A stretch of DNA of 64,000 nucleotides from Verrucomicrobiota bacterium (lineage in GTDB: Bacteria; Verrucomicrobiota; Kiritimatiellia; JAAZAB01): assembly GCA_018898455.1 (NCBI GenBank), contig JAHIJO010000014.1:1560-65559 (forward strand). Reading direction: 5' to 3'. Position numbers and translations under genes: made by a program. Below the pieces are notes generated by a model that searched no databases, was not told where the DNA came from, and worked only from the letters and a program-made list of their open reading frames with translations. Shown piece after piece: positions 18,004 to 27,502 of this stretch. Positions within the stretch are counted from its first letter, which is position 1, and each line of letters starts with the position of its first letter.

Positions 18004-19017
18004 ATGAGTGTCAATTTTAAGAAAGTTCTTGTACTGGGAAGCAATTCATTCACCGGCTCGCATTTGATCAGATGTTTGCTGGACAATACCGAAGCGGAAA
18101 TAGTTGGTATAAGCCGGTCGGCGGAATATAATCCTGTTTTTTTACCGTATCGTTATCTCAAGAATATTCCGGCGCGGTTTAGATTTTGCCGGATTGATTT
18201 GAACAATGATTTTGCCGGAGTTGCCCGGCTTTGCGATGAGTTTCGCCCTGAAATTATCGTGAATTATGCCGCCCAAGGCGAAGTGCGCAATAGCTGGAAC
18301 TGGCCGGAGCAGTGGTATCGGACTAATTGCCTCGCGGTTGTCCGCGTTTCGGAAATTTTTAAAACAAAGGACTATTTGAAAAAATATATTGCTGCTTCCA
18401 CTCCGGAGGTTTATGGCGCAACGGGGCTGAATATAAAAGAAAGCCACAGCTATTATCCAAGTACACCGTATGCCGCTTCAAAGCTTGCGGGGGATTTGCA
18501 TCTTTTTGCTTTGCATAAACGCCATGGGTTCCCGGTTGTGTTTTCAAGGACGGCAAATGTTTATGGCATTCATCAACAGCTTTATCGTATCATTCCACGC
18601 ACGATTATTTTTCTAAAAGCCGGCAAAAAGATTACGCTTCACGGGCGCGGCGAGTCCCGGCGGGCTTTTATTCATGCCCGTGACGTCGCCGATTTTACCT
18701 TACGTTTGATCTTGCGGGGCAAGCCGGGTGAAATTTATCATTTGTCGCCGAAGGAAGGATTAATGCGCATTGCCGATGTGGTGCGGCAGATATGCGGCAT
18801 GATGGGACGCGGCTTTGACGAATCGGTGGAGTTGGTTGACGAAAATTACGGTCAGGATGATCAATACAGCCTTGATTCGACGAAGGCCGGCCGCGAACTT
18901 GGCTGGCGCCAGGCCGTGCCGTTTGAGGAAGGTTTAAAGGAAACAATAACCTGGATATCCGACAATTGGGATTTTATCCGCGCCCAGCCGTTGGAATACA
19001 AGCATATTGCGAGTTAA
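18004..19017 (+). CDS. NDP-sugar 4,6-dehydratase (extended SDR)
   Basis: GSNSFTG, STPEVYG, PSTPYAASK and NVYGIHQQLYRIIP motifs. Confidence 0.85.
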   Translation: MSVNFKKVLVLGSNSFTGSHLIRCLLDNTEAEIVGISRSAEYNPVFLPYRYLKNIPARFRFCRIDLNNDFAGVARLCDEFRPEIIVNYAAQGEVRNSWNWPEQWYRTNCLAVVRVSEIFKTKDYLKKYIAASTPEVYGATGLNIKESHSYYPSTPYAASKLAGDLHLFALHKRHGFPVVFSRTANVYGIHQQLYRIIPRTIIFLKAGKKITLHGRGESRRAFIHARDVADFTLRLILRGKPGEIYHLSPKEGLMRIADVVRQICGMMGRGFDESVELVDENYGQDDQYSLDSTKAGRELGWRQAVPFEEGLKETITWISDNWDFIRAQPLEYKHIAS

Positions 19018-19023
19018 CCAAAC

Positions 19024-20172
19024 ATGAAAAAAGAGCGCAACTATTTACCCGAGCAATATAGCCGGACCGCCGGCTTGCCCATCAACCATAATTATCTTCG
19101 GCAGCAGTTTGCGGATTACGCGAAAATACTGAAAAAAATCGGGCGCCTCGCGCAGGAGGGCGATTACACGCTCGGGAAACAGGTCGATGAATTCGAAGCC
19201 AATATCAGGAAATTGACCGGCAGCCGGCATGCTATAGGCGTAGGGAGCGGGACGGATGCCATCTTTTTGAGCCTGAAAGCCTCCGGCATCGGGAACGGTG
19301 ACGAAGTTATTACCACGCCCTATACCTTCGTGGCAACCATCGGCGCCATTGTGGCGACCGGCGCCAAGCCGGTGTTCGCGGATATAGGCGAAGATTACAA
19401 CCTTGACCCCGCCTTACTCGTTCCTAGGATTTCGGCCCGGACCAAGGCCATCCTGCCGGTGCACTGGTCAGGGCTTCCTTGCCGGATGGATGCGATTCTG
19501 AATATTGCCCGGCAGCATCATTTGTCGGTCATTGAAGACTCCTGCCATGGCATCCGGGCTTATTTCAAAGGAAAAGCGGCAGGAACATTTGGATTGTGCG
19601 GCTGTTTTAGCATGCATCCCTTGAAAAACCTCAATGTCTGGGGGGATGGGGGATATATCGTCACGGATTCGGACGAAATTTATAAACGGTTAATGCTTCT
19701 TCGCAATCACGGCTTGGCGGACCGCAATGAATGCCGGATATTCGGCTATAACTCGCGCTTGGATTCGATCCAGGCGATTGTGGCCAACCATCTTCTGCAA
19801 AAAATCGACGCCATAACCAAAGCGCGTATCGATAATGCGCGTTTATATGATGAAGTTTTGCGCGAGATTAAGCAGATTATTATTCCCCCGCGCCGGCCGG
19901 ATGCCGTTCAGGTGTATCACCTGTATATTGTCAGGGCGGAGAGGCGCGATGAATTGCAGAAATATTTGCTGAAAAACGGCATTGACGCCAAGGTTCATTA
20001 TCCGGTTCCGATGCATTTACAGCCGGCGGCAAAGATTTATGGATATAAGGCTGGAGATTTTCCGGTCTGCGAGCGGACCTGCAAATCCGTCATTTCATTG
20101 CCGGTCCATGAATTTATTACGGAAAAACAGATCAAAACTGTTGCCAAAAAGATAAAAGAATTTTATGCGTAA
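19024..20172 (+). CDS. DegT/DnrJ/EryC1/StrS PLP-dependent aminotransferase
   Basis: GSGTDA, IEDSCH, FSMHPLKNLNVWGDGG and NSRLD motifs. Confidence 0.92.
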   Translation: MKKERNYLPEQYSRTAGLPINHNYLRQQFADYAKILKKIGRLAQEGDYTLGKQVDEFEANIRKLTGSRHAIGVGSGTDAIFLSLKASGIGNGDEVITTPYTFVATIGAIVATGAKPVFADIGEDYNLDPALLVPRISARTKAILPVHWSGLPCRMDAILNIARQHHLSVIEDSCHGIRAYFKGKAAGTFGLCGCFSMHPLKNLNVWGDGGYIVTDSDEIYKRLMLLRNHGLADRNECRIFGYNSRLDSIQAIVANHLLQKIDAITKARIDNARLYDEVLREIKQIIIPPRRPDAVQVYHLYIVRAERRDELQKYLLKNGIDAKVHYPVPMHLQPAAKIYGYKAGDFPVCERTCKSVISLPVHEFITEKQIKTVAKKIKEFYA

Positions 20173-21364
20173 AATACAATTCGTCAATTTAGGACTTCAA
20201 TACCGCTCACTGCGCAGTGAAATTCTGGCTGCGTTTGATCGTGTTTCCCGGCAGGGGGCTTATGTGCTGGGAAAAGAGGTGGGACTATTTGAGGAAGAAT
20301 TCGCCGATTATTGTGGAACAAGGCATGCGGTGAGTGTGGCGAACGGTTCGGATGCTTTGTATCTCGCCTTAATCGCGCTTGGAATCGGGGCTGGCGATGA
20401 GGTGATAACTGTTCCGAACTCATTCCTGGCGACGGCTTGGGCGATCGCGCGGACGGGCGCGCGCATTGTATTCGTTGATGTCGGCAATGATATGAATATT
20501 AACCCGGCCTTGATTGAAAGAGCCTGTACGCGGCGGACAAAGGCGATTATGCCGGTGCATTTGACGGGGCGGGTTGCCGATATGGATGCAATTTTAAAGA
20601 TAGCCAAACGTCGGCGGCTTCATGTTGTTGAGGATGCGGCGCAGGCCGTGGGCGCGCGTTATCACGGTCAATACGCGGGATCATTCGGCGTGTGCGCGGG
20701 CTTTAGTCTGCATCCCTTGAAGAACTTGCATGTCCATGGTGATGGCGGTGTAATAACAACCAGTAACGAAAAAATATATTCAACCCTGATCCAACTTCGG
20801 AATCATGGGCTGGTGAGCCGCGATATCTGTAATCTGATCGGAATTAATTCGCGGTTGGATTCCGTCCAGGCCGCCATAGCCAGAATTAAATTGAGACGTC
20901 TGGAAAAATGGAATAGGCGCATGCGATTTCTTGCCGGGATTTACTCCAGCGGTCTGAGCCGTTTTGTCGTCGTGCCCGAAGAAAAACGCTATGAAGAATC
21001 CTGTTATCATCGGTATATGATCAGGCTTGAGAAGCGGGATGATCTCGGTAAATTTCTGGAAAACAACGGCATAGAAACAAAAGTCAATTATCCCGTGCCG
21101 ATTCATCTCCAGCCGGCCGCAAAAAGTTTGGGATACCGGCGCGGCGATTTTCCGGTCGCCGAAAAGCTGGCCGATACCATATTGAGTTTGCCGCTTTATC
21201 CGGAGATGAAGGATCCTGATGTGACATTCGTTATTGAGATGATAAGGCGGTATTTTGAAAGAAGGGGAAGTTGTGAGAAGGGGCCGGCAGGGCGCGCTCG
21301 CCGCCGCGGTTTCAGGTTCCGCCGGAGCGCGACGTCCAAGCGAGGGTGCTATGCCAAGGCATAG
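20165..21364 (+). CDS. DegT/DnrJ/EryC1/StrS PLP-dependent aminotransferase with an Arg-rich C-terminal extension
   Basis: ANGSDAL, VEDAAQA, FSLHPLKNLHVHGDGG and LSLPLYP motifs. Confidence 0.92.
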   Translation: MRKIQFVNLGLQYRSLRSEILAAFDRVSRQGAYVLGKEVGLFEEEFADYCGTRHAVSVANGSDALYLALIALGIGAGDEVITVPNSFLATAWAIARTGARIVFVDVGNDMNINPALIERACTRRTKAIMPVHLTGRVADMDAILKIAKRRRLHVVEDAAQAVGARYHGQYAGSFGVCAGFSLHPLKNLHVHGDGGVITTSNEKIYSTLIQLRNHGLVSRDICNLIGINSRLDSVQAAIARIKLRRLEKWNRRMRFLAGIYSSGLSRFVVVPEEKRYEESCYHRYMIRLEKRDDLGKFLENNGIETKVNYPVPIHLQPAAKSLGYRRGDFPVAEKLADTILSLPLYPEMKDPDVTFVIEMIRRYFERRGSCEKGPAGRARRRGFRFRRSATSKRGCYAKA

Positions 21365-21373
21365 CCGGCGAAG

Positions 21374-21452
21374 CCGCCCGCCGCGACGTCTTTGCGCTAA
21401 TGCGTGGTTATCATTGGCGTAAAGTTAATATTGCGTGATTTTCGCGCAATAT
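21374..21452. repeat. Double-hairpin dispersed repeat, copy 2
   Basis: CGCGACGT followed by stems 21390-21424 and 21428-21452; substitutions relative to copy 1 keep the pairing. Confidence 0.75.
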
Positions 21453-21494
21453 ATTATTGATTAAAAAGCAAAACTATTATTGACTGTCCGTGCC

Positions 21495-23036
21495 ATGGGA
21501 ACCGCAAATAAAATAATTCATTTCAACGAGGCGCACGCTTTCTTTGCGAAATTGCGCAAGGCGGGCAAGAAGATCGTACAATGTCACGGCACGTTTGATT
21601 TGCTGCATCCCGGCCATGTTATTCATTTTGAGGAAGCGAAGAGGCTGGGCGATGTTTTGGTGGTGACCGTCACTGGCGCCAGGCATGTCAATAAGGGGCC
21701 CGGTCGGCCGTGTTTTAACGATGAATTGCGGCTTAAATCAATCGCCGCTTTGGAATGCGTCGATTTTGTGGTTTTGATTCCATATCCGGCGGCCGTAGAA
21801 GCCATTGAGTGTGTCGGGCCTCATTTTTATTGCAAAGGCAAGGAATATGAACGTGCCGATACGGATGTTACCGGCAATTTTTACGATGACATTCAAACGG
21901 TTGAAAGCCTGGGAGGTAAAGTCTGCTATGTCGGTTCGGTCGTGTTCAGCTCAAGCAAACTGCTGAATTTGCATTTTGATACGCATAATCCAAAGATAAA
22001 AAGCTTCTGCCGGCAGGTTGCGAAAGAAATTCCTTTTCAACAATGTCGTACCATTGTGGAAGATTTTAAAAAACTTAGGGTTCTCATTATCGGTGATATC
22101 ATCTTTGACCGCTACTCAACAATGTCCGTTCAGGGCTTGACTTCAAAAAACAGGATCATTTCCGGACGGTTTGTTGGCGAAGATCTTCAGGCCGGAGGGG
22201 CTTTGGCAGTTTTGCGTCATATCCGCGAGTTCGCGCCAAAAGTCAAATTAATTAGCTTGGTAGGAACAGAACCATGGGTCGAAAGTTCTTTGCGGAATTT
22301 TATTAAGCCGGAAGAAGATAACATCCTGCGCGTAAATGATTTTACGACCATCGTCAAACAGCGTTTTGTTGAATCTCAGCAAGAAGGAAAAGAATTATCC
22401 AAATTATTTGCGGTTAATTACATTGACGCCTTACATCCCAAGGCACCGCTGCTCAAGAGGGTTCTTGAAAGGATTCGTAAGACAATTAAAACGTATGACT
22501 TGATTGTCGTGATGGATTTCGGGCATGGGTTGATGGGCGATGCGATCAGGGAAATGGTCCAGGCCAAAGCGCCTTTCCTGGCACTCAATTGCCAGACGAA
22601 CAGTAATAATCACGGATTCAATATCATCAATCGCCAATACCAGAGAGCCGACTCATTTTCACTTGATCAGACGGAAATCCGGCTGGCTTTTGGCAAGCGT
22701 GAAATCAACGGACTGCCAGAACTGGCCGATCTTCGTAAACAATTAAAAGCACAATACGGATGGTTGACCCGCGGCGATATTGAGACCATCGGAATTAAAC
22801 ATGACGGCACAACATGCGCCTGTCCTCCGCTCGAGGTCAATATCGTAGATACGGTCGGAGCCGGCGATGCGTTCAGCGCCGTCGCCTCCCTAGCCGCCGT
22901 GAGCGGGCTCCCGATCGAATTGGCGACTTTCATGGGGCAACTGGCGGGTGCCCATGCAGTCCGCATCGTCGGAAATTCTGAGGCAATAAAGAAGTCTGTA
23001 TTTCTAAAGGGCTGTGAAGCATTGTTGAATTACTGA
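21495..23036 (+). CDS. Bifunctional cytidylyltransferase-like / PfkB sugar kinase (HldE-like, reversed domain order)
   Basis: N-terminal HGTFDLLHPGH and KGPGRP; C-terminal DTVGAGDAF. Confidence 0.85.
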   Translation: MGTANKIIHFNEAHAFFAKLRKAGKKIVQCHGTFDLLHPGHVIHFEEAKRLGDVLVVTVTGARHVNKGPGRPCFNDELRLKSIAALECVDFVVLIPYPAAVEAIECVGPHFYCKGKEYERADTDVTGNFYDDIQTVESLGGKVCYVGSVVFSSSKLLNLHFDTHNPKIKSFCRQVAKEIPFQQCRTIVEDFKKLRVLIIGDIIFDRYSTMSVQGLTSKNRIISGRFVGEDLQAGGALAVLRHIREFAPKVKLISLVGTEPWVESSLRNFIKPEEDNILRVNDFTTIVKQRFVESQQEGKELSKLFAVNYIDALHPKAPLLKRVLERIRKTIKTYDLIVVMDFGHGLMGDAIREMVQAKAPFLALNCQTNSNNHGFNIINRQYQRADSFSLDQTEIRLAFGKREINGLPELADLRKQLKAQYGWLTRGDIETIGIKHDGTTCACPPLEVNIVDTVGAGDAFSAVASLAAVSGLPIELATFMGQLAGAHAVRIVGNSEAIKKSVFLKGCEALLNY

Positions 23037-23039
23037 CCA

Positions 23040-23414
23040 GGCAGGAGACGGAATTCAGCAGTCAGAATATCTTTGCATTATTCCGACTACTGACTACGGA
23101 TTGCTGGCTTCTGGGCATCTTGTTTTTTAGGGCCTTCCACAGATTTTTCCGCCTCGGGAGGAATCTTCGGGAAAATATTGGGAATAATTTCCGCCGAAGG
23201 CGGATCTGCCTATGGCAGACACCACGGAGGCATCCGCCTTTGTGCGATGCAACGGCAGGACAGGCGGAGGTATGGACCTGCCTGCCCACAACACTTCGTG
23301 CAGCAACCCGTCTGCAAGGCTGTGCATAGCACTGCGGGCAGGCGTGGGCAGGGTGACCCCTACCTTTTGAGCTTTCTTAGGGAATGGTAGGGCGCGGCGT
23401 CTCGCCAAGCCGTC
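23040..23414. repeat. Cluster of short palindromic (REP-like) elements
   Basis: CAGCAGTCAGAATA/TATTCCGACTACTG, TCCGCCGAAGGCGGA, TCTGCCTATGGCAGA, CCTGCCTGCCC/GGGCAGGC and GTAGGGCGCGGCGTCTCGCCAAGCCG. Confidence 0.6.
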
Positions 23415-23514
23415 TGAAAACACCTTTTACCCAAGAATGATACAGGACGTGAGGCGAGTAGTACTACCTGAATATTTGTTTGATGTTCCGTAAGTTTATG
23501 TTACTATCGCTGTT

Positions 23515-23841
23515 ATGAAACATCTCGATGAAATAATACTGCATAATATGACCGATAGGTTGGTCGCTGAGTTTGACCCGGACCAGATTATTCTATTCGG
23601 TTCACACGCATGGGGTACTCCTTCTGAAGACAGCGATGTTGACTTATATGTGATCGTACCGGAGAGCAGCGAACGTCCGCTGCGGCGGGCACGACGTGCA
23701 ATTGCCTGCCTTGGGGGCATGCGGATTTCCAAGGATATTCTGGTGCGAACACGGACAGAGGCGGAAAAGTACCGGCATGTGTATGCCTCGTTGGAAAGTC
23801 AAGTTTTCGAGAAGGGGCGTGTTCTGTATGAGCGGCACTAA
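23515..23841 (+). CDS. Minimal nucleotidyltransferase (MNT) antitoxin
   Basis: IILFGSHAWG..SEDSDVDL and KGRVLYE motifs. Confidence 0.9.
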   Translation: MKHLDEIILHNMTDRLVAEFDPDQIILFGSHAWGTPSEDSDVDLYVIVPESSERPLRRARRAIACLGGMRISKDILVRTRTEAEKYRHVYASLESQVFEKGRVLYERH

Positions 23842-24235
23842 AGAAAAGCTTGCCAGAAACTGGCTTATTAAGGCCAATCGCGATCTCCTCTCGGCACGTG
23901 AATTGGCGGAGGCGGATATTCCGTTGCTGGATACTGCCGCATACCATTGTCAGCAGGCCGCTGAAAAAGCCATCAAGGCCTTTCTGCTCTTTCATGATGT
24001 TCGTTTTGAAAAAACTCATGATATCGAAGTGTTGATATTGCAGGCTATAGATATTAATCCTGATTTTAGGAGTTGCCATGAAGCAGCAAGCATTCTTACT
24101 CCGTTTGCTGTCGAGTTTCGTTACCCTGGCAACGATATGGAACCGGAAGCGGATGAGTACGGGGATGCTTTTGAAGTAGCTGCTGGTGTCTATCAGTTTG
24201 TTCTTCAGAAGCTTCCAGCGGTAGTCCATCCATAG
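23828..24235 (+). CDS. HEPN domain protein (MNT-HEPN pair)
   Basis: WLIKANRDL, AYHCQQAAEKAIKAFL, KTHDI and FRYP motifs; overlaps the MNT stop. Confidence 0.9.
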   Translation: MSGTKEKLARNWLIKANRDLLSARELAEADIPLLDTAAYHCQQAAEKAIKAFLLFHDVRFEKTHDIEVLILQAIDINPDFRSCHEAASILTPFAVEFRYPGNDMEPEADEYGDAFEVAAGVYQFVLQKLPAVVHP

Positions 24236-24374
24236 AAGATTACGGATTATCGTACTCCGGGGATCAGGGTAAAAATAATAGTAAGTGCTCACAAGCAAAA
24301 CTGTGAAATAATCGTCCGTTGGGGTCACCGGGTCTACAAAACGGCCATAGATTTGGCGGAGGAGCCATTTTGAA

Positions 24375-25325
24375 ATGCGCATTTTATTAACAGGCGGCTG
24401 CGGATATGTGGGTTCGGTGTTAACCCCGAAACTGCTTGAGCGGGGACACGAGGTAACCGTCTACGACATCATGTGGTTTGGAAATTTCCTGAAAGAGCAT
24501 CCGAATCTAACAATCATCCAGGGGGATATCAGAGACATTGACGCCGTTCCGATGGATGGCATGGATACCGTCATTCATCTCGCCAATATTGCCAACGATC
24601 CGTGCAGTGAGTTAAACCCGAAATTATCATGGGAAGTCAATGTCCTGGCCATGATGCAGCTGGTGGAGCGGGCGATAGCCTGCGGAGTCGGCCAGTTTGT
24701 TTACGCCAGTTCCGGCAGTGTTTACGGCGTTAAGGATGAACCCGAAGTGACGGAGAATCTTTCCCTGTTGCCCATTTCCGATTACAACAAAACAAAAATG
24801 ATCAGCGAGCGGGTTCTCCTGAGTTACCAGGATAAAATCATCGTTCAAATCGTTCGTCCGGCAACTATTTGCGGTTATTCCCCGAGAATGCGTCTTGACC
24901 TTTCCGTAAACATGTTGACCATGCAGGCTTTAACAAAGGGGAAGATCACCGTATTTGGCGGAAATCAAACCCGTCCTAATATTCACATTCAGGATATTAC
25001 GAATGTATTTATCCACTTTCTCGGATTGGGCGACAAAGTAACAGGCATTTACAACGCCGGCTTTGAAAACATATCCATTTTAGACATCGCCCGAATGGCC
25101 GCCGAATTTATTCCCGCCAAGATCATTGTTACGGAATCAAACGATCCGCGCTCCTACCGCCTCAATGCGGATAAATTACTGAACACCGGTTTCAGGCCAA
25201 CATTCAAAGTTGTTGATGCCATTAAGGAAATAATTGCCGCCTTCCGGACGGGCAAACTCAAAGATGAAGACGGATGCTATAATATCAGGACCATGAGGCG
25301 AATGGAAAGCAATGGGAAAATGTAA
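24375..25325 (+). CDS. NAD-dependent epimerase/dehydratase (SDR)
   Basis: TGGCGYVG, YNKTK and SPRMRLDLSVN motifs. Confidence 0.9.
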   Translation: MRILLTGGCGYVGSVLTPKLLERGHEVTVYDIMWFGNFLKEHPNLTIIQGDIRDIDAVPMDGMDTVIHLANIANDPCSELNPKLSWEVNVLAMMQLVERAIACGVGQFVYASSGSVYGVKDEPEVTENLSLLPISDYNKTKMISERVLLSYQDKIIVQIVRPATICGYSPRMRLDLSVNMLTMQALTKGKITVFGGNQTRPNIHIQDITNVFIHFLGLGDKVTGIYNAGFENISILDIARMAAEFIPAKIIVTESNDPRSYRLNADKLLNTGFRPTFKVVDAIKEIIAAFRTGKLKDEDGCYNIRTMRRMESNGKM

Positions 25326-25332
25326 TAACGTT

Positions 25333-26301
25333 ATGAATCCTGATTTGAAAAAAAAACTATTATTTAACATGCTCCGTATCCGGCTTGTGGAGGAGGCGAT
25401 TGCCGAACGCTATAGTGAGAAAAAGATGCGATGCCCTGTTCACCTTTGTATAGGACAGGAAGCCATCGCCATCGGCGTTTGCGCGCATCTATCAACAAAG
25501 GATTATGTAATGAGTGCCCATCGTTCTCATGGTCATTATCTGGCAAAAGGCGGTGATCTGAAGGCCATGCTGGCTGAAATTTATGGAAAAGTTACAGGAT
25601 GTTCCTTGGGCAGAGGCGGTTCGATGCACCTCGTTGATTTAGATGCTGGATTCCTGGGAGCTACGCCAATTGTCGGTGGTACCATCCCGATAGCTGTGGG
25701 TGCGGCATTTGGGTCCCAGATGAAAGGGGAAAGCAGAATATCCGTAGTTTTCATGGGGGAAGCCGCGACCGAAGAAGGGGTATTCAGCGAAAGTATCAAT
25801 TTTGCCTCATTGAAAAAACTTCCAGTCATTTTCGTTTGTGAAAATAATTTGTATTCTGTCTATTCCCCGTTATCCGTTCGACAATCGGCAGAAAGGAATA
25901 ATAGCGCCATTGTCAAAGGGTATGGAATTTATACCGATAAGGGTGACGGCAATGACGTTATTGAAATTTATCAAAAGATGGAAAATGCTGTTGGACATGC
26001 GCGTCAGGGCCTTGGACCGGCTTATCTGGAGTTTGATACATATCGCTGGCGGGAACACTGCGGGCCAAACTATGACAATAACATCGGCTATCGGTCGGAA
26101 GAGGAGTATTTGGATTGGCGGAAACGATGTCCCATTACATGCTTTGAAGAAATATTGAAACAGGAAAAGGTTCTTTCCGACCTGGAAGTTAAAGAAACGG
26201 TAAAGAAAATTACCGCTGAAATTGAGGGAGCTTTTAACTTCGCCGTATCCAGCCCTTTCCCTCCTGAAAAAGACCTTTACCATCATCTTTACGCCTATTG
26301 A
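25333..26301 (+). CDS. TPP-dependent dehydrogenase E1 alpha-like subunit
   Basis: HLCIGQEA, HRSHGH, GRGGSMH, GEAATEEG, CENN and YRWREH motifs. Confidence 0.92.
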   Translation: MNPDLKKKLLFNMLRIRLVEEAIAERYSEKKMRCPVHLCIGQEAIAIGVCAHLSTKDYVMSAHRSHGHYLAKGGDLKAMLAEIYGKVTGCSLGRGGSMHLVDLDAGFLGATPIVGGTIPIAVGAAFGSQMKGESRISVVFMGEAATEEGVFSESINFASLKKLPVIFVCENNLYSVYSPLSVRQSAERNNSAIVKGYGIYTDKGDGNDVIEIYQKMENAVGHARQGLGPAYLEFDTYRWREHCGPNYDNNIGYRSEEEYLDWRKRCPITCFEEILKQEKVLSDLEVKETVKKITAEIEGAFNFAVSSPFPPEKDLYHHLYAY

Positions 26302-26316
26302 GTCAGATGGGTTTTT

Positions 26317-27378
26317 ATGGAACGCGAAATAAGCTACGTAAAAGCTATTTTGGAAGCAACGGCCCAGAGCATGGCCGAAGACGCATCGGTTTATATCATG
26401 GGGTTGGGCGTTCCTGACCCGAAAGGCATTTTCGGGACAACCCTTGGTCTCAAAGAGCAATTTGGAAACCAGAGAATAATGGACATGCCGGTATCAGAAA
26501 GTGCCATGACCGGCGTGGCTATCGGTTCGGCCATGGTCGGGATGCGGCCGATATTGACTCATCAGCGACTTGATTTCATACTCGTGTCCCTGGATCAAAT
26601 TATCAATAATGCGGCCAAGTGGCACTATATGTTCGGCGGAAAAATGAGCGTGCCAATCGTGATTCGCCTGATTGTTGGGCGGGGCTGGGGGCAGGGTCCT
26701 CAACATTCGCAAAGCCTGCAATCTTTATTTGCCCATATCCCGGGATTAAAAGTTGTCATGCCTTTCACCCCTTATGACGCCAAGGGGTTGCTCGTTTCCG
26801 CCATTAGGGATAATAATCCGGTTATCTATATTGAACATCGCTGGCTTCACAATATTACAGGTATTGTTCCGGAAAAGATCTACACCGTACCCTTGGGGAA
26901 GGCCAGGGTCGTAAAAGAAGGAAAAGATATCACCATTGCGGCGTCATCATACATGGTTTTAGAATCCATGAAAGCGGCGGATTATTTAGGTAAAGATGGC
27001 ATCTTCGCCGAAGTGCTTGATCTGCGCACGTTACAACCTCTTGACCGGGAAAGCATCATTAATTCCGTAGAAAAGACCGGCCGCCTCCTCGTTGTTGATG
27101 GCGCCTGCCATACCGCCGGCTTTGCTGCGGAAGTTATGGCCACAGCAACAGAAAAAGCCTTCGGTCATCTAAAGGTATCGCCCCAAAGAATAACTTACCC
27201 GGACCTGCCGACGCCGACCAGCCCGGCCCTGGCGAATGTGTATTATCCTCGTGTTATCAACATCATCAATGCCGTCCGGTCTATGTTCAGACTTCCGGGA
27301 AGAACGGAAGATGAATTAGGCATAAAGCATGATCAGCCTTTGGACGTGCCGGACAAGTCGTTCACGGGACCTTTCTGA
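26317..27378 (+). CDS. TPP-dependent dehydrogenase E1 beta-like subunit
   Basis: DMPVSE, GPQHSQ, PGLKVV and DLRTLQPLD motifs. Confidence 0.92.
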   Translation: MEREISYVKAILEATAQSMAEDASVYIMGLGVPDPKGIFGTTLGLKEQFGNQRIMDMPVSESAMTGVAIGSAMVGMRPILTHQRLDFILVSLDQIINNAAKWHYMFGGKMSVPIVIRLIVGRGWGQGPQHSQSLQSLFAHIPGLKVVMPFTPYDAKGLLVSAIRDNNPVIYIEHRWLHNITGIVPEKIYTVPLGKARVVKEGKDITIAASSYMVLESMKAADYLGKDGIFAEVLDLRTLQPLDRESIINSVEKTGRLLVVDGACHTAGFAAEVMATATEKAFGHLKVSPQRITYPDLPTPTSPALANVYYPRVINIINAVRSMFRLPGRTEDELGIKHDQPLDVPDKSFTGPF

Positions 27379-27502
27379 TAAACGCGACGAAATGATTAGA
27401 ACCCATAACACAAATTAATTTTTAAAAAACATACTGCGAGATATTTGCCGGGAAGGGAAATATAAATGGAAACAATCGACAGCACATGATGTAGAAAAAG
27501 GC

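Noticed and set aside
25333-27378. Housekeeping pyruvate dehydrogenase (pdhAB)
   Set aside because: No E2/E3 genes are adjacent and the pair is embedded among sugar-modifying genes, so gene symbols are withheld.
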